A stretch of DNA of 64,000 nucleotides, from contig CAWCBP010000004.1 of NCBI GenBank assembly GCA_963793865.1, positions 96,001 through 160,000 on the forward strand, written 5' to 3'. Position 1 is the first letter of the stretch, and every line of letters starts with the position of its first letter. This document shows, piece by piece, positions 51,663 through 61,750 of this stretch. The stretch comes from an uncultured delta proteobacterium. GTDB lineage: Bacteria; Desulfobacterota; WTBG01. The translations under genes were made by a program, and so were the position numbers. Below the pieces are notes generated by a model, which saw only the letters and a list, made by a program, of their open reading frames with translations, had not been told where the DNA came from and ran no database searches.

Positions 51663-52433
51663 ATGATACATGCAACGGCGATCATCGACGCCACCGCCGA
51701 GCTGGACAGCGGGGTTGAGATCGGACCCTACTCCATCATCGGTCCCCGGGTCAGGATCGGGAAAAATACCCGCATCGGACCGCACGTGGTCATTGACGGC
51801 TGGACGGAAATCGGTGAGGAGTGCACGATTTTCCAGTTCGCCTCCCTCGGGGCTGTTCCCCAGGACCTCAAATACCGGGGGGAGGAATCCCGGGTGATCA
51901 TCGGCAGCCACAACACCATCCGGGAATTCGTCACCATCAACCGCGGGACCTCTCAAGCGGGCGGGGAAACGCGCGTCGGCAGCAACAACCTGCTCATGGC
52001 CTACTGCCATGTCGCCCACGACTGCAGGATCGGAAGCCACGTGGTCCTGGCCAATGCCGCCACCCTGGCCGGGCACATCGAGATGGAAGACCACGCCATC
52101 GTGGGAGGACTGGCGGCAGTCCACCAGTTTGTGCGGCTGGGCAGTTACTGCATCATCGGCGGCTGCTCCGGGGTAAGCCAGGACATCCCGCCGTACATGA
52201 TGGCCAACGGCCAGCGGGCCCAGCTGTACGGATTAAACATTGAGGGGCTGAAGCGGCACCGCTTTTCGGAAGATGCGGTGAGCAATCTGAAAAAAGCCTA
52301 CCGCGTCATCTTCAGGTCGGGTCTCACGGTTGAGAAGGCCCTTGAGCAACTGGAATCGGAGATGCAAAATTCGGCGGAGGTCAACCATCTCATAACCTTT
52401 ATCAAGACTTCAAAACGGGGCATTGCACGCTAG
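51663..52433 (+). CDS. lpxA: UDP-GlcNAc acyltransferase
   Basis: PQDLKY, HVAHDC, VHQF. Confidence 0.97.
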   Translation: MIHATAIIDATAELDSGVEIGPYSIIGPRVRIGKNTRIGPHVVIDGWTEIGEECTIFQFASLGAVPQDLKYRGEESRVIIGSHNTIREFVTINRGTSQAGGETRVGSNNLLMAYCHVAHDCRIGSHVVLANAATLAGHIEMEDHAIVGGLAAVHQFVRLGSYCIIGGCSGVSQDIPPYMMANGQRAQLYGLNIEGLKRHRFSEDAVSNLKKAYRVIFRSGLTVEKALEQLESEMQNSAEVNHLITFIKTSKRGIAR

Positions 52434-53384
52434 ATGGACAGGTTACCGGTTGCAGTCATCGGCTGCGGCTACCTGGGAAAGTTTCATGCCCAGAAGTACG
52501 CCGCCCATCCTGAAGCCGCGCTGGTGGCGGTGGTGGATACCGACAGCGAAAGGGCGAAGGCCCTGGCCGCAGAAACCGGCAGCAGCGCCCTGAGCGACTA
52601 CCGGGAGCTCTACACCCGGATTCAGGCAGCGAGCGTGGTGGTCCCCACGCCCCTGCACCATGCCATCGCCAAAGACCTTCTGGAGCACGGCATCCACCTG
52701 CTTTTGGAAAAGCCCATGACCGTCACCCTCGCGGAGGCGCAGGAATTAAACCTCCTTGCCCGCGAGCGGAACCTCATCCTGCAGATCGGCCATCTGGAGC
52801 GCTTCAACCCCGCCTACCTGGCCGTGGCGGACAAGGTGAAAAATCCCCTGTTCATCGAGTCCCATCGCCTGAACTCATTCCAGGAGCGGGGGACCGAGGT
52901 TGACGTCATCCTCGACATCATGATCCATGACATTGACCTCATCCTCAATCTGGTCCATGATGAGGTAAAGGCGATCCACGCGGTGGGGATCCCGGTCATT
53001 TCCACCATGATCGACATCGCCAATGCGCGGCTGGAATTCGAGCGCGGCTGCGTGGTGAACGTCACCGCCAGCCGCATATCCGACAAGGGGATGAGGAAGA
53101 TCCGCATCTTCCAGCCCGATGCCTACATTTCCATTGATTTTGCCGCCCAGGGGGTTTCGCTCTACCGCAAGATAGAAGAGGAGGGAAGGATTCCCTACAT
53201 TGTAAGCGAGAAGCTTGCCATCGAGCCCGGAGACTCGCTCCGGGATGAAATCAGGGCGTTCCTCACCGCGGTCAGGCAGCGGAGCGCGCCGCCGGTGCCC
53301 GGTGAGGCGGGGATGCGGGCGCTGAAAGTCGCCCTGGAAATTACCGAACAGATAAAGAACACCACCCGGAGGCTGGTTGAATAG
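52434..53384 (+). CDS. Gfo/Idh/MocA oxidoreductase, GnnA-like
   Basis: GCGYLG, EKP, GHLERFNP, DIMIHDID; lies between lpxA and lpxB. Confidence 0.85.
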   Translation: MDRLPVAVIGCGYLGKFHAQKYAAHPEAALVAVVDTDSERAKALAAETGSSALSDYRELYTRIQAASVVVPTPLHHAIAKDLLEHGIHLLLEKPMTVTLAEAQELNLLARERNLILQIGHLERFNPAYLAVADKVKNPLFIESHRLNSFQERGTEVDVILDIMIHDIDLILNLVHDEVKAIHAVGIPVISTMIDIANARLEFERGCVVNVTASRISDKGMRKIRIFQPDAYISIDFAAQGVSLYRKIEEEGRIPYIVSEKLAIEPGDSLRDEIRAFLTAVRQRSAPPVPGEAGMRALKVALEITEQIKNTTRRLVE

Positions 53385-54534
53385 CGACACGGCACAGCGG
53401 ATTCTCATCGTCGCCGGCGAGGCTTCCGGAGATCTCCTGGCCTCCCATCTGGTGAAGGCCATGCGCGCGGAGAACTCCGCGCTTTCCGTCTCCGCCATGG
53501 GCGGCGATGGGCTGCGGGAAGCGGGCGCGGAGATCATGGTTGACATATCCCGGCACGCGGTGATGGGCATCACCGAAGTGATCGGGCACCTGGGAAGCAT
53601 CTACGGTGTCTTCAGGAAGCTTTCGCTCACCCTCAAGCGCGACCGGCCGGACCTGCTCATCCTGGTCGATTTCCCTGATTTTAACCTGCGCCTGGCCAGG
53701 GTCGCCAAAAAGTACCGCATACCGGTTATGTACTACGTCAGCCCCCAGGTCTGGGCCTGGCGAACCGGTCGCATCAAACAGATCGCCGCGTCGGTCAGCA
53801 CCATGGTGGTGGTGTTTCCCTTCGAGCTTCCCCTGTACCGGGAGGCCGGCGTCGACGCCCATTTCGTGGGCCACCCGCTGCTGGACATCGTGAAGGTTTC
53901 CCGCTCGCGGGAGGAGAACAGCAAACGACTGGGCATCAGGCCGGGCCGCGTCGCCATCGGGCTGCTGCCCGGCAGCAGGCTCAGTGAGGTAAAACGGATA
54001 CTGCCGCCCATGCTGGATGCCGCCCGCCGGCTCAGCCGGGAGCGCACGGACCTGCAGTTCATCATACCCCTGGCGCCGGGCCTGCGCAAGGCGGACATGG
54101 AACAGCTGATCCGGGGCGCCGCCGTGCCGGTAACCCTGGTCGAAAACAGCATCTATGATGTCATTGACAGCTCATACCTGGTCATCGTGGCGTCGGGTAC
54201 GGCCAGCCTGGAAACGGCGCTGCTCGCCAGGCCCATGGTTATCGTGTATCGGATGTCACCGCTCAGCTATCGCATCGCCAGGCTGCTGGTCAGGGTGCCC
54301 TACATCGGGATGGCCAACATTATTGCCGGCAAAAAAGTGGTGCCGGAGCTTATTCAGGAGGAGGCCAGCGGGGAGCGGATTGCCGCCGAAGCCGCCCGGC
54401 TGCTCTCCGATACGCATTACTACGGGACCGTTCATGCGGAACTGGAGCTGATTAAAAAGAAGCTCGGCGAACCGGGGGCCTCGGCGCGGGCGGCCCGGAT
54501 CGCGCTTGGCATGCTGCAGCGCCGGCCCGCCTGA
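53377..54534 (+). CDS. lpxB: Lipid A disaccharide synthase
   Basis: AGEASGD, DFPDFN, SPQVWAWR, LPGSR. Confidence 0.97.
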   Translation: MNSDTAQRILIVAGEASGDLLASHLVKAMRAENSALSVSAMGGDGLREAGAEIMVDISRHAVMGITEVIGHLGSIYGVFRKLSLTLKRDRPDLLILVDFPDFNLRLARVAKKYRIPVMYYVSPQVWAWRTGRIKQIAASVSTMVVVFPFELPLYREAGVDAHFVGHPLLDIVKVSRSREENSKRLGIRPGRVAIGLLPGSRLSEVKRILPPMLDAARRLSRERTDLQFIIPLAPGLRKADMEQLIRGAAVPVTLVENSIYDVIDSSYLVIVASGTASLETALLARPMVIVYRMSPLSYRIARLLVRVPYIGMANIIAGKKVVPELIQEEASGERIAAEAARLLSDTHYYGTVHAELELIKKKLGEPGASARAARIALGMLQRRPA

Positions 54535-54560
54535 ATCGGTCTATATAACGTGCTGAACAG

Positions 54561-54592
54561 TATGTGGCTCAAGGGGAGGGGCTTTTGAGCCG
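54561..54592. repeat. MITE-core hairpin ggctcaa-ggggaggggc-ttttgagcc
   Basis: Same core at 41500, 56447, 18570 and 39762. Confidence 0.65.
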
Positions 54593-54628
54593 CGAATATG
54601 GTATGACAAATCTCTTAAAGGAAGAGAG

Positions 54629-56416
54629 ATGAAAAAGATATCAACCAAAGACTCCATCAGGCTGTATAAGCGCCTGATCAGGTACATCAGGCCCTACTGG
54701 CTGCTGATGCTCCTTGCCGTCCTCGCCGCCGTGGGGCTGGCGGGCACCAATACCGGCATCGCCTGGATCGTCAAGAAAGTGATGGACGACATCTTCGTGC
54801 AGAAGAATCTTGCCATGCTCCGGCTCGTACCCCTGGCCATCGTTGCTCTCTACCTGCTCAAGGGCCTGTTTGACTATTTCCAGGAATACCTGATGGGATA
54901 TGTGGCGGTCAAGGTGGTCACCGACATCCGGGACGAAATCTATGGCCACCTGCAAAAGCTGTCCCTCGCCTTCTTCATCAGGAATCCCACCGGGATACTC
55001 ATGTCGCGCATCGGCAATGATACCAACCTGCTGCAGTCCACGGTCTCGGACAGCATCACCAACTTCCTGCGTGACTCGCTCACCATCGCGGGCCTGACCG
55101 GCTACACCTTCTGGGTAAACTGGAAGCTTGCCGCCATGTCCTACCTGGTCATTCTCTGGGCCCTGGTGCCCATCCGCATCTTCGGCATCAAAAGCCGGAA
55201 GTTCAGCACCAAGAGCCAGGTTAAAATGGCGGACATCGCCAAATTTCTCTACGAGACCATCTCCGGTATCCGCATCGTCAAGGCCTTTTGCATGGAGGAA
55301 TATGAAAAACAGCGCTTCGCCGCGGAAAACCACCGCCTGCTCAGGATCAGGGTAAAGCGGATGCGCATCCGCGCCCTCGCCTCCCCCACCATGGAAACGC
55401 TGGGCGGCATTGCCTCCGCGGTCATTCTCTACTTCGGCGGATACAGTGTTCTCAGGGGAGAGATCACCTCGGGGGACTTTTTCTCATTTGTGGCCGCGTT
55501 TGCCATGATGTACCGCCCGGTGCGCGATCTCAACAAGCTCAACCAGACCATGCAGGAAGGGCTTGCCGCGGCGGTACGAACCTTTGAAATCCTCGACACC
55601 AAAGCGGACATCGTGGACAAGCCCGGCGCGCGTGAGCTGCCGCCGGTCAGCCAAGGGATCGAATTCCGGGACGTCAGCTTTCAGTATGACGCGCAGCCGG
55701 TGCTGGAGCACATCACGCTGAAGGTTCCGGTGGGCCGGATCATCGCCATCGTGGGCGGCAGCGGCGCGGGAAAATCAACCATGGCCAATCTCATACCCCG
55801 GTTCTACGACGTGACCTCGGGGTCCATTCTCATCGACGGCGTCGACATCAGGGATGTGACCATCAGATCGCTGCGCAGCCAGATCAGCATGGTAACCCAG
55901 GAAATAATACTCTTCAACGACTCCATACGGCACAACATCGCCTACGGCAGCATGGACAAATCCGATGAGGAGATCAGGGCCTCTGCCGAGGCCGCCCACG
56001 CCCACGACTTCATCATGGATAACCCCGGGGGATATGACGCGGTCATCGGCGAACACGGGGTCAAGCTCTCCGGCGGCCAGAAGCAGCGGATTGCCATTGC
56101 CCGCGCGCTGCTCAAGAACGCCCCCATCCTCATCCTGGATGAGGCGACCTCCTCGCTCGACAGCAAGGCCGAGGCCGAGGTGCAGGTGGCCCTGGAGCGC
56201 CTCATGGAAGGCCGGACCACCTTCATCATTGCCCACCGCCTCTCCACCATTAAAAAGGCCGACCGCATCATCGTGCTTTCGGAAGGAAGGATAGCGGAAC
56301 AGGGGACCCACGGCGATCTCATGGCCAGCCGGGGAGAATACCACAAGCTGTATACCACCCAATATCATGAGGAAGACCTCCCGGCGCAGGGCGGCTCCTC
56401 TGCCGGCGCCTCCTAG
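54629..56416 (+). CDS. msbA: Lipid A flippase MsbA
   Basis: TM domain plus GGSGAGKST, LSGGQKQR, DEATS; operon context. Confidence 0.9.
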   Translation: MKKISTKDSIRLYKRLIRYIRPYWLLMLLAVLAAVGLAGTNTGIAWIVKKVMDDIFVQKNLAMLRLVPLAIVALYLLKGLFDYFQEYLMGYVAVKVVTDIRDEIYGHLQKLSLAFFIRNPTGILMSRIGNDTNLLQSTVSDSITNFLRDSLTIAGLTGYTFWVNWKLAAMSYLVILWALVPIRIFGIKSRKFSTKSQVKMADIAKFLYETISGIRIVKAFCMEEYEKQRFAAENHRLLRIRVKRMRIRALASPTMETLGGIASAVILYFGGYSVLRGEITSGDFFSFVAAFAMMYRPVRDLNKLNQTMQEGLAAAVRTFEILDTKADIVDKPGARELPPVSQGIEFRDVSFQYDAQPVLEHITLKVPVGRIIAIVGGSGAGKSTMANLIPRFYDVTSGSILIDGVDIRDVTIRSLRSQISMVTQEIILFNDSIRHNIAYGSMDKSDEEIRASAEAAHAHDFIMDNPGGYDAVIGEHGVKLSGGQKQRIAIARALLKNAPILILDEATSSLDSKAEAEVQVALERLMEGRTTFIIAHRLSTIKKADRIIVLSEGRIAEQGTHGDLMASRGEYHKLYTTQYHEEDLPAQGGSSAGAS

Positions 56417-56545
56417 CGTAGTGCGTCATTGATTCCTTTATGTATATGTGGCTCAAGGGGGAGGGGCTTTTAGAATGAGCCACTGAATCATAAGTAAAGA
56501 AGCGTTGGACACACTACACTAGCCGGTCCGGGCGGCGGCTAACCT

Positions 56546-57832
56546 ATGTACCTACTCTACAATATACTGCTCCTGGCTGCTTCCCCGGTTTTAGGCCTGC
56601 TGATGATGGTTGCCGCCGTGAGCGCCGGGAAATACCGCAGCGGCATCTCTCAAAAACTGGGATTCGTGTCCCCCTCCGTCACCCGAAAGCTTTCAGGCAG
56701 CAGGCCGGTCTGGATCCACGCGGTGTCCGTGGGCGAGGTGATGGCCGCCATCCCCCTCCTGCAGGAAATGAAGGGGCGCTACCCCGGCCAGACGATTGTG
56801 CTCTCCACGGTGACGGCCACCGGGAACCATACCGCCGCCCTGAAGGCCCGCCAGGCTGACGCGGTCATCTATTTCCCCTTCGATTACCCCTTTATGGTGG
56901 GGCGGGCGATCAAGCGGATCCATCCCCGGCTTTTTATAACCATGGAGACCGAACTCTGGCCGAATTTTCTGCGGGCGATGAAGCGAAACGGCATTCCCTC
57001 CGTGGTGGTAAGCGGCCGCATCTCAAATCACTCATACAACAAATACCGGCTGGCCCGCCTTTTCTTCAGCAGGGTCCTGGCCAACATCGATGCCTTCTAC
57101 ATGCAGACCGAGGAAGACGCCCGGCGGATTATCAGCATCGGCGCCGACAGCAGCCGGGTCATCACCCTGGGCAACCTCAAATGCGATCAGGAGGTCCCTC
57201 TTTTGACGGGCAGCGAGAAGGCCCGACTGTACGACAGCCTTAATCTCCGTGAGGGCCGGAACATTTTTATCGCCGGCAGCACCCACCGGGGCGAGGAAGA
57301 GATGGTGCTGGAGGTGTTTAAACGGCTTAAGGAGAGCTGCGCTGATCTGACGCTGATACTTGCCCCCCGGCATCCGGAGCGCTTCAGCGAAGTGGCCAAT
57401 CTTGTCTCCCGCTCCGGCTTTGCATGCGCGCGAAAAACAGAACTGGCGCGGCAGGAAGCACGGCAGGAACAAAGTGTCATCCTGCTTGACACCATCGGAG
57501 AGCTCTCAAAGCTCTACAGCATCGGCACGGTTATTTTTGTGGGAGGGAGCCTGGTGCCGACCGGCGGACACAATGTGCTCGAGCCGGCCGCCTACCGGAA
57601 AGCGGTGCTTTTCGGGCCGCACATGGACAATTTCATGGAAATAGCCGGCTGCCTGATCGAAAGCGGGGGAGGCCTGCAGGTACAGGACAGGGAAGAGCTC
57701 TTTCTGAAAGCCAAAAGCCTCCTCGACAATGAATCGTTGCGCAGCGAGCTGGGAGAAAAGGCCTTCCACATCATTGCACGCAACCAGGGGACCACCCGGA
57801 AGGCCATGGAGGCCATTAGCTCCTTTCTGTAA
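56546..57832 (+). CDS. waaA: Kdo transferase
   Basis: WIHAVSVGE, ETELWPN, APRHPER, GGHNVLEP. Confidence 0.97.
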   Translation: MYLLYNILLLAASPVLGLLMMVAAVSAGKYRSGISQKLGFVSPSVTRKLSGSRPVWIHAVSVGEVMAAIPLLQEMKGRYPGQTIVLSTVTATGNHTAALKARQADAVIYFPFDYPFMVGRAIKRIHPRLFITMETELWPNFLRAMKRNGIPSVVVSGRISNHSYNKYRLARLFFSRVLANIDAFYMQTEEDARRIISIGADSSRVITLGNLKCDQEVPLLTGSEKARLYDSLNLREGRNIFIAGSTHRGEEEMVLEVFKRLKESCADLTLILAPRHPERFSEVANLVSRSGFACARKTELARQEARQEQSVILLDTIGELSKLYSIGTVIFVGGSLVPTGGHNVLEPAAYRKAVLFGPHMDNFMEIAGCLIESGGGLQVQDREELFLKAKSLLDNESLRSELGEKAFHIIARNQGTTRKAMEAISSFL

Positions 57833-57845
57833 TACCGGCAGGACA

Positions 57846-58940
57846 ATGAACCCGCGCTTACTCATCCAGGAATTGCTGCATTCGGGCACAAAGGGGGAAA
57901 GCCTGCCCAGGCGCATTGTGCTCTTCCCGCTCTATCTTCTCTCCCTCCTCTATAAACTTGTCATGCGCGCGCGGCGGATTCTGTATGGCACGGGGATGTG
58001 TGCCTCCCGTGCTCTTCCCTGCCGGGTGGTCAGCGTCGGAAACATAACCGTGGGGGGAACGGGCAAAACACCCACGGTTATCTACCTGGCGCAGCTCTTC
58101 CAAAAGCGCGGGCTCAAGGCAGCGGTGCTCAGCCGCGGATACCGGTCGCACAGCAAAGAAGCGGTCGCGGTGGTATCCGACGGGAAGCATATGCTGCTCA
58201 CCGCCCGGGAAGCCGGCGATGAACCGGCGATGCTTGCAAAAGCCCTTCCCGGCACGCCGGTAATTATCGGGCGCGACCGGGTGCGTTCGGGCCACCTGGC
58301 GGTTTCGCTGTATTCCCCGGACGTCATCCTGCTTGATGACGGGTTCCAGCACCTGCGGCTGAAAAGGGACGCGGATATAGTCCTGGTGGACCGGCACTAC
58401 GGGTTCGGCAACGGCTGCCTCATACCGCGGGGCATCCTGCGGGAACCGCTCAGTGCCCTGCGGGCGGCCGATATCATTATCCTCACAAAAAAAACCGGGG
58501 AGACCCCAGGACAACCCGCAGAGGGGATCATCGCCGCGCAAAGACCGCGCGCTCCGATTTTTTCCGCCAGCTACGCCGTCAAGGGGCTCAGCGCCCTTGA
58601 CGGATCCCCCGCGGGAGATATCAAAGGTCTCGCGGGCAAAAACGCGCTTGCCCTCGCCGGCATCGGCAACCCCGGCTACTTTACCCACCTCCTGCGCGCC
58701 CACGGCATCCGGGTTGTCGAAGAGATGGTCCTGCCCGATCACCACCGCTACACCGCCGGGGACGCCGAACGGCTCGCCGCTTTTCTCCCCCGGGTCGACT
58801 GCATCATCACCACCGCCAAGGACGCCTGCAAGATGGACGGCGCGGGATTCAATCATTTGCCTATACTCGTGCTGGATATTATGCTAGAGATGGATGACGA
58901 ACCGGCTTTTATGGATGCCCTCTTTAAACACATTTCCTGA
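57846..58940 (+). CDS. lpxK: Tetraacyldisaccharide 4'-kinase
   Basis: VGNITVGGTGKTP, SRGY, GDEP, DDGFQH. Confidence 0.97.
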   Translation: MNPRLLIQELLHSGTKGESLPRRIVLFPLYLLSLLYKLVMRARRILYGTGMCASRALPCRVVSVGNITVGGTGKTPTVIYLAQLFQKRGLKAAVLSRGYRSHSKEAVAVVSDGKHMLLTAREAGDEPAMLAKALPGTPVIIGRDRVRSGHLAVSLYSPDVILLDDGFQHLRLKRDADIVLVDRHYGFGNGCLIPRGILREPLSALRAADIIILTKKTGETPGQPAEGIIAAQRPRAPIFSASYAVKGLSALDGSPAGDIKGLAGKNALALAGIGNPGYFTHLLRAHGIRVVEEMVLPDHHRYTAGDAERLAAFLPRVDCIITTAKDACKMDGAGFNHLPILVLDIMLEMDDEPAFMDALFKHIS

Positions 58941-58979
58941 CGTGACCTATACAACACCGCCTGCATATTTTTTTATCCC

Positions 58980-60965
58980 ATGACGCACTACACGCCCGCC
59001 GCGCCGCCGGCACACCAGCCCTTTAAGATCGACTATCGCCGCGAGCTCAATGATGAGCAGCTGGAAGTGGTGATGAGCGACGAAAGCCCGCTCCTGGTCA
59101 TCGCGGGGGCCGGCAGCGGCAAGACCCGGACCCTGACCTACCGCGTGGCCCGCCTCATGGAATCCGGCACCCCCCCCGATGCCATCCTGCTGCTCACCTT
59201 TACCAATAAGGCGGCGAAAGAGATGCTCGGACGGGTGGAGGGGCTGATCAAGCTGGATATCGCCAGGCTGTGGGGAGGGACCTTCCACCATGTTGCCAAC
59301 CGAATCTTAAGAAGCAGGGGCGACCTCATCGGCTATGACCGGTCCTTTACCATCCTGGACAGGGATGATTCCAGGGAGCTGCTGGGCGACTGCATGGCGG
59401 CCCTCGGTCTCAAAAGCCGGGACCGCAGGTTTCCGCAGAGCTCGGTCATCCAGGAGATCATCAGCCTGTCGGTCAACACCCGGACAAGCCTGCCCGACCT
59501 GATTGACGCGCGCTACCCCTTTTTCATGGACGCAACCGATGAGATTCAATCGGTTGCCATGGCCTACCGGGAGCGAAAGAAAAAAGAGATGCTGATGGAT
59601 TTTGACGACCTGCTGCTCAACTGTCTCACCCTGCTCGCCGAAAACGACCACGTGCGGGACTACTATGCGGGGAAATTTCATCACATCCTGGTCGATGAAT
59701 ACCAGGACACCAACCGCATCCAGGCCGAACTGATCGACCTGCTCGCGTCCGGGGGCGGCAGCATCATGGTGGTGGGAGACGACTCGCAGAGCATATACAG
59801 CTTCCGGGGAGCCCACTTTGCCAACATCCTCGACTTCCCCAAGCGCTATCCCGGCTCCCATCTCTTCAAGCTCCAGACCAACTACCGCAGCACGCCTGAA
59901 ATACTGGGACTGGCCAATGCCAGCATCGTGAACAACCAGTACCAGTTTCACAAAAAGCTGCGGGCCATCAGGGAAAGCGGTCCCCAGCCCATACTGGTCC
60001 CCTGCGATCAGGTGCAGCAGCAGTCTGGTTTTGTGAGGCAGAAAATCATGGAGTTGCAGGTCGAAGGCAGATCGCTCAATGCAATAGCGGTCCTCTACCG
60101 GGCCCACTACCACAGCATGGAGCTTCAGATGGAGCTGACCCGACACGGCGTGCCCTTTGAGGTGCGATCCGGGCTGCGGTTTTTCGAGCAGGCGCACATA
60201 AAAGACATCACCAGCTACCTCAAGGTCATCGTCAACCCTTATGATGAGCCGTCCTGGAAGCGGATCACCAAGATGCTTCCCAAAATAGGCACTGCCCGGG
60301 CGGAAAAAATCTGGACTGCCCTCTCGAGTTCAGGGGATCCGCTGAAGAACCTGCAGAGCGAGGCCATTGAGAAGCTCATTCCCAAGCCATACCGCAAGGA
60401 CTGGCAGGAGCAGGCCGCCCTGCTGCGCCATCTCAACCTGCCTGAACGGCGGAGGGCGCCCGCAGAGATGCTGCAAACCGTGCTGAGGCAGGAGTATGAA
60501 GACTATCTCTTTGCCCACTACCCCGACTCGAGGACCCGGCTGGAGGACATCGGCCGGCTGATAGATTTCTCCCGGCAGTTCGGGTCGGCAGAGGATTTTT
60601 TAAGCGAGCTTGCCCTCCTGACCAGCGTCGCCTCGGAGGACGTGACCGCCGATGATCCGGGGTATGAACGGGTAACCCTCACCACCATCCACCAGGCGAA
60701 GGGCCTGGAGTGGGACATCGTTTTTATTGTCTGGCTGGTTGAGGGGCGGTTCCCCTCTCACAAAAGTCTGCAGGACACCGAAGGGGAAGAGGAAGAGCGG
60801 AGGCTTTTTTACGTTGCGGCCACCCGCGCCCGCGACGAGCTGTACCTGACCTACCCGCTCTGGGACTACGGCCGGGGCGGCGACAGCTCGGGGATCATGC
60901 AGCCCTCTCGTTTCATCCAGGAAATTCCCCGCGCCCGCTACACCAAGTGCGTGCTGGAAGAATAG
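58980..60965 (+). CDS. UvrD/PcrA-family helicase
   Basis: AGAGSGKT, DEYQD, NYRS, TIHQAKGLE, EERRLFYVAATRA. Confidence 0.93.
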   Translation: MTHYTPAAPPAHQPFKIDYRRELNDEQLEVVMSDESPLLVIAGAGSGKTRTLTYRVARLMESGTPPDAILLLTFTNKAAKEMLGRVEGLIKLDIARLWGGTFHHVANRILRSRGDLIGYDRSFTILDRDDSRELLGDCMAALGLKSRDRRFPQSSVIQEIISLSVNTRTSLPDLIDARYPFFMDATDEIQSVAMAYRERKKKEMLMDFDDLLLNCLTLLAENDHVRDYYAGKFHHILVDEYQDTNRIQAELIDLLASGGGSIMVVGDDSQSIYSFRGAHFANILDFPKRYPGSHLFKLQTNYRSTPEILGLANASIVNNQYQFHKKLRAIRESGPQPILVPCDQVQQQSGFVRQKIMELQVEGRSLNAIAVLYRAHYHSMELQMELTRHGVPFEVRSGLRFFEQAHIKDITSYLKVIVNPYDEPSWKRITKMLPKIGTARAEKIWTALSSSGDPLKNLQSEAIEKLIPKPYRKDWQEQAALLRHLNLPERRRAPAEMLQTVLRQEYEDYLFAHYPDSRTRLEDIGRLIDFSRQFGSAEDFLSELALLTSVASEDVTADDPGYERVTLTTIHQAKGLEWDIVFIVWLVEGRFPSHKSLQDTEGEEEERRLFYVAATRARDELYLTYPLWDYGRGGDSSGIMQPSRFIQEIPRARYTKCVLEE

Positions 60966-60979
60966 AGGCAGTAAAATAA

Positions 60980-61007
60980 GTAGGGGCGACCGGCCGGTCG
61001 CCCTTAC
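60980..61007 (+). repeat. GTAG-type REP between convergent genes
   Basis: gtaggggcgaccggccggtcgcccttac; degenerate copy at ~23334. Confidence 0.75.
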
Positions 61008-61032
61008 ATTTAGGTATGAACAGGCAGGCTCT

Positions 61033-61506
61033 TCACCGTATGACCGTCACTGTAAGCTTCTGCTTTCCCCATCTGAGCGCGTCATCATGATCCTCGAAGA
61101 AGACATCAATGCGGTTTCCCTGCATCTCCCGTCCCCGGTCATGCACCTCTCCCCAGCCATACCCCGGCACATACATCCTGGTGCCGTAAGGGTATTTGCT
61201 GATATCGGCCGCGATAACCCCTTTTTTGGCCCTGGTCCCGTCGGCGGTTATCCCCACCTTCTTTCTCTTTCCCTTGAACGGCCCGCTGCTGTGAACCGGA
61301 ACCAGCCAGCAGCTCCAGATGCTTCTCTTCCAGGCGCAGCATTTCCCGCAGGGACAATAGGCGGTTACCACCATGACCACTTCTTCCCCCCGGACCTCTT
61401 CATCTTCCATCCGGTGCGGCAAAAAGCAGCAGCCCGACACAACGGTAAGCAGGAGCAGAACCAGGCAGCGCGCAGCACGTGTTTTTCTGTTTTTTAGCCT
61501 TGACAT
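61033..61506 (-). CDS. 3D-domain lipoprotein
   Basis: Lipobox VSGC; TAYC, IAAD, VHDRG, RIDVF. Confidence 0.85.
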   Translation of the reverse strand: MSRLKNRKTRAARCLVLLLLTVVSGCCFLPHRMEDEEVRGEEVVMVVTAYCPCGKCCAWKRSIWSCWLVPVHSSGPFKGKRKKVGITADGTRAKKGVIAADISKYPYGTRMYVPGYGWGEVHDRGREMQGNRIDVFFEDHDDALRWGKQKLTVTVIR

Positions 61507-61600
61507 ACCATATATTGCATTATACGTTGAAATTGATTCCAGATGCTGTGTGAGTTCGTTCGGAATAAGGTTGAAAGATTGATCAAGGGTTATTGTAAAA

Positions 61601-61740
61601 GCAGTTTCCTCAGGCTGTTCAAAAACATCCAGATGCAAGGCACGCGAAATCCTGAGGAGTGAGGCGTACATGCAAGTACGCCGCAATGACGAAGGATGAG
61701 CGTAACGAAGCAGATGGGTGTTTTTCAACAGCCTGCTCAG
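61601..61740. mobile_element. MITE, long form
   Basis: tttcctcaggctgttcaaaa...cagatgggtgtttttcaacagcctgct, sharing both ends with the 39719 copy around a longer interior. Confidence 0.8.
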
Positions 61741-61750
61741 GCATAATACT

